A stretch of 64,000 nt of DNA. It comes from an uncultured Kofleriaceae bacterium (lineage in GTDB: Bacteria > Myxococcota_A > Polyangia > Haliangiales > Haliangiaceae). Under the pieces are notes generated by a model. It was not told the DNA's origin, ran no database searches, and worked only from the letters and a program-made list of their open reading frames with translations. Shown here piece by piece: positions 54,667-62,217 of the stretch; positions within the stretch are counted from its first letter, which is position 1, and every line of letters begins with the position of its first letter. The stretch is from assembly GCA_964602685.1 (NCBI GenBank), contig CAZRSQ010000002.1, positions 4,217 through 68,216 on the forward strand, in the 5' to 3' direction. The translations under genes were made by a program, and so were the position numbers.

Positions 54667-55743
54667 ATGGTCCTCGCGTTGCTGGCCCATCACGCGCTCG
54701 AGCGGATCGTTCGCTGGTACGCCGACCGAGTCTACGATCGGTGGGAGGGTGGATCCCGCCGGCCGTTCTATTGTGATCCGGCGCGCGTGGGCGCGTTTGC
54801 GATCACGCCGGCGAGCCTGGCGGCTGGTCGCGAGGACGCGCTCTTCCGGCTGCTGGTGCTGATGGCGATGTACCAGTCCCGGCGGGACGTCGACATCATG
54901 GCGATCCAGCGGCGGATGTCGCGCGCCAGCGCGACGGCGCTCGTGTCGCGGCGCCGGCTGCGGGTGCTCGTCGACGGTGCCAGCTGCACGCTGCCGCGCG
55001 ACCGGGCGTCCTTCGACCATGCCTGCACGGTGCGCCGCGACTTCTCCCTGGGCCGCGCGACGTGTGACCGCCATCCGCGGGCGGCGTGTCACGTCAAGGA
55101 CGCGACGATGGCGATCGGGCGCATGGGCGACATGGGCAAGCTCGCGACGTCGGCGTGGCTGCACGTCGATGCCGGCGGCGGGTTGCGGCGGCTGGTCGAC
55201 GAGGCCGCGGGCTCGGGCGCCGATGCTGCCGCCGCCGCCGACCGGATGATCCTCCACCTGTCCCAGGTCCACCGGATCGGGACGAAGCTCGCCACGATGT
55301 ACGTATCTGCGCTCTCGACGCCGGCGCTGGCGCCGGGGCTGACGCCATGGTGGCCGCGCGTCGACGGCAACCACCTGATCGTCGTCGATGCCAACGTCGG
55401 GCGCGTCATCGACCTGCTGCGACCGCGGGGCCCGCGGACCTACGCTGCACGCTCGGCCTGGTTCCGCGACGTCGCGTCGAGGATCGATCTCCGGAAGTTC
55501 CGGCAGGACTGGCCGCGGCGCTCGCCCCGGCTGGTCCAGCAAGCGGTCTACGTCTTCCGATCGCAATCGAACCGAATGGCAGCTGGCGACGACTGCTCCG
55601 GTACCGCGCGATGCGATGCGGGCGTGCCGGAGCTGTGCCCGTTTCCGCACGTACCACCGGGACGACGCTCGCTTGTCCGCGTTGCGAACAAGCGAGCGAC
55701 TCACCCGCATGGGGGGAGTGCAAGCACGACTACGGTTGGATAA
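54667..55743 (+). CDS. Hypothetical protein with HhH-like motif (possible HhH-GPD/endonuclease III-superfamily relative)
   Basis: ATG 54667. The composition is mostly normal. The HhH-hairpin-like segment is LSQVHRIGTKLATMYVSAL, and there are several Cys near the C-terminus (CSGTARCDAGVPELCPF). It is divergent from the BREX operon. Confidence 0.5.
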   Translation: MVLALLAHHALERIVRWYADRVYDRWEGGSRRPFYCDPARVGAFAITPASLAAGREDALFRLLVLMAMYQSRRDVDIMAIQRRMSRASATALVSRRRLRVLVDGASCTLPRDRASFDHACTVRRDFSLGRATCDRHPRAACHVKDATMAIGRMGDMGKLATSAWLHVDAGGGLRRLVDEAAGSGADAAAAADRMILHLSQVHRIGTKLATMYVSALSTPALAPGLTPWWPRVDGNHLIVVDANVGRVIDLLRPRGPRTYAARSAWFRDVASRIDLRKFRQDWPRRSPRLVQQAVYVFRSQSNRMAAGDDCSGTARCDAGVPELCPFPHVPPGRRSLVRVANKRATHPHGGSASTTTVG

Positions 55744-55767
55744 GCTCGCCATCAAAAGGGGGGCGCG

Positions 55768-56370
55768 ATGACCTCGAGAGCCGTCGTGGTGTTGCTGTGT
55801 GTCGTGATGGGATGTACTTCGTCGGATGACGATGATGATGGCGCTGCGGTGTGCGGCAATGCCGTGTGCGAGGCGGGTGAGAGCTCGTTGACGTGCCCTG
55901 GTGACTGCGAGGGAACAGCGACCTGCAGTCCTGCGAATCCTGGTTCATGCGGTGGCGAGACGATCTGCATCAACCAGCAGTGCGTCCCGGCATTCGGTCG
56001 CAACTACGTCTTCACGGTGACCAACGGCGTCTTCACGCAGCGCGATGACACCGGGGCGACGTGGGATGCCGCAGGAGGACTACCGGATCCACTGGTGATC
56101 CTCACCATCAACGGTGTCGACTTCACCACGCCCGCAGTGGCCGATACCCTCACTCCGACCTGGAACTTCGTCACGCCGCCCGTGCTCGTGCCTGGCGGAA
56201 CGGTGCTGCTCATCGCAGTCTATGATGAGGATTTGACTGCGAACGATCTGGGATGGGCGTGTCAGGCGAACCCACTGACCGCCGACTTCCTTCGCGGTGG
56301 CGGGGTGTCCTGCAATGGCCAGGGTGCGCTCAATGGAGCCACGGTGACCGTTGCGATCCGTCCGAACTGA
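55768..56370 (+). CDS. Lipoprotein with Cys-rich module and C2-like domain
   Basis: Lipobox MTSRAVVVLLCVVMGC. Cys-rich module CGNAVCEAGESSLTCPGDC. C2-like signature DPLVILTINGVDFTTPAVADTLTPTWNF...LLIAVYDEDLTANDLGW. Confidence 0.6.
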   Translation: MTSRAVVVLLCVVMGCTSSDDDDDGAAVCGNAVCEAGESSLTCPGDCEGTATCSPANPGSCGGETICINQQCVPAFGRNYVFTVTNGVFTQRDDTGATWDAAGGLPDPLVILTINGVDFTTPAVADTLTPTWNFVTPPVLVPGGTVLLIAVYDEDLTANDLGWACQANPLTADFLRGGGVSCNGQGALNGATVTVAIRPN

Positions 56371-56576
56371 CGTGCTTGACGCTTGGAGCTCGGTGCGCTA
56401 TCGATGAGACTGGGTCTTCGAAGCACCCAGCAGGATCGTCGGGCGCCGCCAGCGCCGAGAGCAAGCTTCGTGATGTCAGACCGCACCCTGTAGCTGTAAC
56501 TGCACGGACAACTTCATCGATCACCGCGTCCCGCCTGGCGGCAAATGGGACGACGACGGTGATTCATGAGGTGACC

Positions 56577-58415
56577 ATGCAGCACGAAACCAGCGAACCC
56601 AGCGGCCTCACCGCACCTACGCCGATCGCGTGGTTGCTCCTTCAGGATGGCCACGCCATCCCGATCACTGGCCTCGCGCCCGATGACCTCAAGGCGGCGA
56701 GCACGCACGCTGTGCTGGCGCCGGACAGGGAGCCGCTCCCGCATCGGCGACGCCTCACGGCCATCGCGGGCATGCTCGGGTTCCGCGGCGATTTTGGCAA
56801 CTACGTGCACGAGGGGTGGCCGAAGGTGCAGCGGTTCCTTCGCGATCGCGGATGCGGCGAACGGCGCGACCTGTTCTCGTTCAGGGAGTGGGGCACCGCC
56901 ACGCTGCATTTCAGCAAGCTCCGCCCCAACCGACGACAGCTTGCCGACCGGATCTTCGTCAGTGGACACCGCCGACCCTCGCGCGTCTTCCTCGGCGCCG
57001 GCGTTGACTGGGCCGCGTGGGATGAGGCGGTTCAGTCCCGAACGCTGTCATCGTGGTCGCTGCGCCTTCCGCATGGAGCGCTGCGCGCCGTCGGCGCCCC
57101 GGTCGACTTCCTGATCGCCAACCGTCACGAGCTCGTCGGCCAGTGGGGATTCCTCGATGACAAGCTGGTCGATGGAGAAGTCCGCGAGGTGATCAACAAG
57201 ACCTACCACGCCGTTCCACGTTCGCAGGCCGAGCTCGATGCCCACGCCGCGGATGTCCTGCTGGTCGTGCGGGCGTTCCGGGCCGCCTTCCCCGAGAACG
57301 GGCCCGGGTGGGTCGACGTGTTGCCGTTCGAAGACAATGACCGGCTCGTGTTCCTGCGCGCGCCGGATGGGACCTGGGATCTGATCTGGCGGGACCTCCG
57401 CACCGACCCACCGCCGCAGGCCGGCATCGCGTCGAGTCACTACAAGCTCCACCCGCGCGATCTGCCCCGGTTGCTGGCGAGTGAGCAGGACCTGGCGCGT
57501 CGTCACTACGAACGTCGAGGGATCTGGGACGAACGCGAAGCGCATCTCGCCGAGCAGCACTTCTACGACGTCGGGCACACGCAGGAACAGCGCCTCATCA
57601 CGTCCAACGAAGCGGTCCGTGAACGCTGGCTCGCCGACACCAATGGACCGCGTCCCGGCGGACCGCCGCGCACCACGCTCCCTCCCCCGCGATTCGAGTC
57701 GGTGCGAGTGGGCGATCGGACCGTCCTCGTCTCGCCACTGATCACGCTCGGCGAGTTCAGGGCCATGCTCGCCGACACCGACTACCTGGAGAGGCGCGAT
57801 CCTGACAGCGAGCCTTGGGATCGCGCCAACGACGAAGCGCTGGTGCCGCCGGAAGCGCCGGTGGGGGCGACCTGGGCCGACGCACAGGCTTTCTGCGCGT
57901 GGAAGGAGCAGCAGCTCGGGCAGGTGCTTCGCTTGCCCAGCGTGGCCGAGCTTCGAGCGCTTCGTCCCTTCCACTCCGAGCACTACGAGTACCTCGCGGC
58001 GCACGACTTTCCGTGGGAGAAATGGCCGCCTCGGCCACTGACGGGCCCTGGTGGCAACGCCGAGGACGTGGCTCAGGTACCCGTACCGTCGGCGGTGGCA
58101 TGGTCCGAGCCGCGCTTTCACGAACCCGGTCCGGGCCGCCCGGAGTACCCGGCGCGCGGAGGATGGGCGTTGGGGGATCCGGACGGTCGGCGGCGATGGA
58201 TCGAGGACTTCCCGCCGCGTGCCGCGTGGACCGATGCCGCCTGGGCCGAGCACAGTGGGCTCCGCTTCATCGACGCCTGGGATGCGTACGAGTGGGCCCA
58301 GGAGCAGGGCTTCATCTCGGGTCGCTTTTGGCAGGGTCCCATCGGTCCGAATAGCTGGGGCGCGTACAAGAACGTGAAGGTGGGCTTCCGCGTCGTCCTC
58401 GACGGGGCACGGTGA
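56577..58415 (+). CDS. Protein with C-terminal FGE-sulfatase (SUMF1/EgtB-like) domain, N-terminal roughly 400 aa unassigned
   Basis: ATG 56577 (MQHETSEPSG...). The FGE-like block is LVSPLITLGEFRAMLADTDY...PVGATWADAQAFCAWKEQQLGQVLRLPSVAELRAL...FRVVL. Confidence 0.7.
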   Translation: MQHETSEPSGLTAPTPIAWLLLQDGHAIPITGLAPDDLKAASTHAVLAPDREPLPHRRRLTAIAGMLGFRGDFGNYVHEGWPKVQRFLRDRGCGERRDLFSFREWGTATLHFSKLRPNRRQLADRIFVSGHRRPSRVFLGAGVDWAAWDEAVQSRTLSSWSLRLPHGALRAVGAPVDFLIANRHELVGQWGFLDDKLVDGEVREVINKTYHAVPRSQAELDAHAADVLLVVRAFRAAFPENGPGWVDVLPFEDNDRLVFLRAPDGTWDLIWRDLRTDPPPQAGIASSHYKLHPRDLPRLLASEQDLARRHYERRGIWDEREAHLAEQHFYDVGHTQEQRLITSNEAVRERWLADTNGPRPGGPPRTTLPPPRFESVRVGDRTVLVSPLITLGEFRAMLADTDYLERRDPDSEPWDRANDEALVPPEAPVGATWADAQAFCAWKEQQLGQVLRLPSVAELRALRPFHSEHYEYLAAHDFPWEKWPPRPLTGPGGNAEDVAQVPVPSAVAWSEPRFHEPGPGRPEYPARGGWALGDPDGRRRWIEDFPPRAAWTDAAWAEHSGLRFIDAWDAYEWAQEQGFISGRFWQGPIGPNSWGAYKNVKVGFRVVLDGAR

Positions 58416-58422
58416 GGAACCC

Positions 58423-58773
58423 ATGCCCAACAAGAGCCTCACCTGCATGGGTGCGGTGTCGAAGGCACCGCTCACCGAGTACATCTCCGAGCATGACGCG
58501 CTCGGGGGCGCACGCTACGCGCTCGAGCGATTCGGCAATCACCTCGTGCCATATCGCTGCCGCCGATGCCGTTACTGGCACCTCTCGCCGTCCGAGCGTC
58601 AGACTCCTGGTACCACCTGTTCGAGCTGTCACGGACGAGACGGCCGCCCGAAGGCAAGCTACCAATCCGAAGAGGCGGCCACCCGCCGGGCGTTCATCCT
58701 CCAGCGCGAACGGCATGTCACGTTGCGAGCCTATCAGTGTCCGTACGGCGGGTGGCACCTGACCAAGGGCTGA
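58423..58773 (+). CDS. Small Cys-rich (zinc-ribbon-like) protein with an internal duplicated motif
   Basis: ATG is preceded by GGTGAGGAA. The duplicated motif is LVPYRCRRCRYWHLSP and LRAYQCPYGGWHLTKG, with TTCSSCHG in between. 116 aa, 7 nt after the FGE-domain gene. Confidence 0.5.
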   Translation: MPNKSLTCMGAVSKAPLTEYISEHDALGGARYALERFGNHLVPYRCRRCRYWHLSPSERQTPGTTCSSCHGRDGRPKASYQSEEAATRRAFILQRERHVTLRAYQCPYGGWHLTKG

Positions 58774-58867
58774 TCAAGTCACGTCTCGGCACCAGCTTCG
58801 TAGACAACACTACCGCCCAGGCCAGGGACGCCGAGGTACTCTCGGCTGCAACGCGGCCAGTCGCACC

Positions 58868-60178
58868 ATGACGCTCCGGGTCCCTTTCCTCACCGAGATC
58901 GATAGCCGGGCGATCATCAAAGGCTCGCGAGACCCGCTCGGCCAGGTGCCGATCTGGACACGGCTGGGCCGTCATGTCGTCGGCAACCTGACCACGGTCA
59001 CCACCTCGGTCCGCGACTTCACCGTCTTGCTGCTCGGGCTGCGGTTCGTCGAGCGCGTGCTCGAGCAGGAGGGCGGGCAGAACGAGGTCGAGGTGTTTCT
59101 TCGCTGGGAGCAACTGGCGAGTTACGCGCGCGTCCGGCACAAAGATGTGTCGTTCCGCGGCATCGAGAAGGTGAAGGCCAACCTCGCCGACAGCACGAAG
59201 GTGACGCTGTCTGCCGACCGGCGCTTCCAGATCCTCGGCAACCAGAAGATCTACGGCGTGTGGGGCCTCTACACCGTCGCCGCGGCCGCGTCGGCATTGA
59301 CCCACGGGGCCCCCGCACAGCTGACGCCGCAGGCGCGAGCGTTTGTCGAACGCCACTACGTCGGCGCGCTCACCCGGGCCGGCTTTCGCAACGGCGACGC
59401 CATCGTGAAGTTGATCGGCGCCGAGCAGTCGTCGCTGCATACCGACGGGAGGGACGAGAAGCTGCTCCAGGCGATCGCCCAGTTGCTGAGACCCGACCGG
59501 TTCCTCCCCGCCGAGCAGGCGTTCTATGACGAGCACCTGGTGCGGGGCGGCCCAGACGACGAGACCCAGGGCCGGCAGGGCCGGCTCGCGGTCCTGCTCG
59601 AGAAGTCCGCCCACGATGCGCGGTTCACCTGGTCGCCGGCAGCGGTGAGCACGCTCGCCGTCCGCGCCAAGGACCGCGCAGAGCGAGAGTCGCTCGGCTG
59701 GCGGCTCGACCGGATCCGGGACTGCGAGACGGTGATGGCACCTGCCTACCGGTTGTTCCTGTTCCTGTTGTCTCGCGAGCATCAGACCATCGACGGCGTT
59801 GCGCGCGAGGTTCGCCAGGTCTGGGGCGAGCGCCTCACGAACGTGGATCGCACGCGGTTCGCGGCCCTCGGGTCGGAGCTCCGGCAGGCGGTCGGCGATG
59901 AAGCCGCCACGGCGAGATGGATCGAGCTCGCTCGCTCGCTGGAGTCGGGGGCATACGAAGAGGCGATCGAGCTGCTGATCGCCCACAACGGGCAGATGAT
60001 GAAGCAACGCGGCTCCGGAGCGCCGTGGGTCGACGTCCACAAGGGGAGACTGCGTGTCAGGTTCCGCGACGATCTCGCGTCCCTGCCCGAGCGGGCGGAG
60101 CTGCCGCACCTCTGGCGGTTCCCGTACTTCCTCGATTCGCTACGCGCCGTGACCGGCCAGCTGCGGAGCGCGCCGTGA
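58868..60178 (+). CDS. Uncharacterised 436-aa protein, first gene of a coupled unknown-PLD-SNF2 trio
   Basis: Normal composition (IIKGSRDPLGQVPIWTRLGRHVVGNLTTVTTSVRDFTVLLLG...). Its stop overlaps the GTG start of the PLD gene (GTGA at 60175-60178). Confidence 0.6.
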   Translation: MTLRVPFLTEIDSRAIIKGSRDPLGQVPIWTRLGRHVVGNLTTVTTSVRDFTVLLLGLRFVERVLEQEGGQNEVEVFLRWEQLASYARVRHKDVSFRGIEKVKANLADSTKVTLSADRRFQILGNQKIYGVWGLYTVAAAASALTHGAPAQLTPQARAFVERHYVGALTRAGFRNGDAIVKLIGAEQSSLHTDGRDEKLLQAIAQLLRPDRFLPAEQAFYDEHLVRGGPDDETQGRQGRLAVLLEKSAHDARFTWSPAAVSTLAVRAKDRAERESLGWRLDRIRDCETVMAPAYRLFLFLLSREHQTIDGVAREVRQVWGERLTNVDRTRFAALGSELRQAVGDEAATARWIELARSLESGAYEEAIELLIAHNGQMMKQRGSGAPWVDVHKGRLRVRFRDDLASLPERAELPHLWRFPYFLDSLRAVTGQLRSAP

Positions 60179-62217
60179 GCGATCACGACATCCCGCATCA
60201 GATCCTCTCGGATCACTTTCAGGAGCGTCTGGGAGGCCGCCGGATGCTGGGCGCGGTGTTCACCGCGTTCCAGTTCGATCCGGGGTTCTTCGAACGCGAG
60301 ATCCTGCCGGCGTTCCTCGACGTGAACCTGAGCCACGCGCCGGTGATCAAGCTGGTCCAGCTCGAGGATGGCCTGCGCGAACTGCCGGTGGGGATCGCCG
60401 TGTACTACGACGCCAACGGGCTCGTGCTCAGCGACGATGGTGCCGCCAAGCTCGATGTCAGACGGATTCCCTTGCGCGTGCCCACCGGGCTCTTCCATCC
60501 CAAGAACGTGTTCGCGCTCGTCGAGGAGAAGGAACCCGACGAGGACGGCAAGCTGGTGCGCACCTTGCTCGTCGCCGCGCTGTCGGCAAACCTGACGCGC
60601 TCGGGATGGTGGCAGAACGTCGAGGCGTGCCACGTCGAAGAGTTGACCGATCGCGACGTCACCTGTATGCGCGACGACCTGCTGGCGTTCTTCAAGCTCC
60701 TGCGGGCGCGAGCGCCGAGCGGTTGTGATCACACCGCGCTCGACGCGATCACGGCGTTCGTGCGGGGCACCGAACAGCGGCCGCAGCGCAAGGTGAACGG
60801 TCGTGTCCAGGCGCACTTCTTCGGTGGCGACCGGCCATTCGACGAGTTCCTCGCCGACGTACTGGGTGCAGATCCGCGCGAGCTGTACCTGGAGGTGATC
60901 TCGCCGTACTTCGACAAGGAAGCCCGGTCCGAGCCGCTCGAACGGTTGATCAAGCGGTTCCGGCCACGCGCTGTCCGGGTGTCGCTGCCGCGCAACGCCG
61001 CCGGTGAGGCCGAAGTGGCACCGGAACTCTACGCATGGCTCGACGCTCAGGACGGCGTGGAATGGGGGAAGCTGCCAAGGGCGATGACGCGCGCCGGGAA
61101 GGGCGAGGATGCACGCCCGCGGACGGTCCACGCGAAGGTCTACCGCTTCTTCTCCATGCACAAACGCCAGGAGTTCCTGGCCGTCGGCTCGGTGAACTTG
61201 ACCCGCCCCGCGCACCAGCAGGGAGGAAACGTCGAATCGGCGATCGTGCTGGAGATCGAGCCTCCCCGGCGCCCTGACTTCTGGATGGAGCGCGATCGGA
61301 GCAAGCCCGCCGTATTCGTGACCCCGAGTCACGATGACGACGGTGACCTCGCGGTCGCGGACATCGGCTCGCGGCTATCGCTCCGGTACCACTGGGATCG
61401 GGGCATCGCCGAGGCGTTCTGGGACGCGTCACAGGCGGCACCTCCGCTCGAGGTCCAGGCAGGCGGCGTGCCGCTCTTCTCGCTGGGATCGCTTGCACCC
61501 CGCACGTGGGTGGAGCTCGACTCGGCGGCGGCGGCGAGCTTGCGTTCGATCCTCGCGTCCACCTCGTTCGTGTCGGTCGCAGGCGACCGTGACGAACCGG
61601 TGATGGTCCTCGTCCTCGAAGAGGAGATGTTCAAGAAACCGCCCCTGCTCAGTCAGCTGTCGGTCAAGGACATCCTCAGGTACTGGTCGCTGTTGACGGC
61701 GGAGCAGCGCAACGAGTTCATTCAGCTGCGTGCCACCGAGCTCCTGGGCGACGGAGGAAGCGAGCTCGTGCCGAAACTTCGGCAGACCGAGGACCTCGAC
61801 ACGATCTTCGATCGCTTCGCCGGGATGTTTCACGCCTTCGAGTGCGTCGAGCGCCTGGTGGCCGAGGCACACGCGGCCAACAACGAGAAGGCGGCGCTGT
61901 ACCGGATCTTCGGCACGAAGCACGACTCGCTCGGAAACTTGCTGCAGCGCGTGCACGCCGACCCCGAGCGGGATCCGGTCGAGAAGTACGTGATCGCCAT
62001 GTGCGCACGGCAGCTGTGTCGCGAGTTGCGGAAGCAGTGGCCCGAGCTCTGGCAGGCCCACCCGGCGTCGACCACCGAGCTCGAGGCGCTGCTGCGCGTG
62101 AGCGAGACGCTGCGCGCGGAAATCATCGCCAAGAACCCAGCCGAGATGGCCTCGTTCCTCGACTGGTTCGATCGCTGGTTCCTGAGCAGGGCACGCCCGC
62201 TGGAGCAACCGTCGTGA
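60175..62217 (+). CDS. PLD-superfamily (two HKD-like motifs) putative nuclease
   Basis: GTG 60175 (VSDHDIPHQILSDHFQ...). HKD-like motifs are LFHPKNVF...LSANLTRSGW and TVHAKVYRF...VGSVNLTRPAH. The upstream 86 aa of the track ORF overlap the previous gene. Confidence 0.8.
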   Translation: MSDHDIPHQILSDHFQERLGGRRMLGAVFTAFQFDPGFFEREILPAFLDVNLSHAPVIKLVQLEDGLRELPVGIAVYYDANGLVLSDDGAAKLDVRRIPLRVPTGLFHPKNVFALVEEKEPDEDGKLVRTLLVAALSANLTRSGWWQNVEACHVEELTDRDVTCMRDDLLAFFKLLRARAPSGCDHTALDAITAFVRGTEQRPQRKVNGRVQAHFFGGDRPFDEFLADVLGADPRELYLEVISPYFDKEARSEPLERLIKRFRPRAVRVSLPRNAAGEAEVAPELYAWLDAQDGVEWGKLPRAMTRAGKGEDARPRTVHAKVYRFFSMHKRQEFLAVGSVNLTRPAHQQGGNVESAIVLEIEPPRRPDFWMERDRSKPAVFVTPSHDDDGDLAVADIGSRLSLRYHWDRGIAEAFWDASQAAPPLEVQAGGVPLFSLGSLAPRTWVELDSAAAASLRSILASTSFVSVAGDRDEPVMVLVLEEEMFKKPPLLSQLSVKDILRYWSLLTAEQRNEFIQLRATELLGDGGSELVPKLRQTEDLDTIFDRFAGMFHAFECVERLVAEAHAANNEKAALYRIFGTKHDSLGNLLQRVHADPERDPVEKYVIAMCARQLCRELRKQWPELWQAHPASTTELEALLRVSETLRAEIIAKNPAEMASFLDWFDRWFLSRARPLEQPS

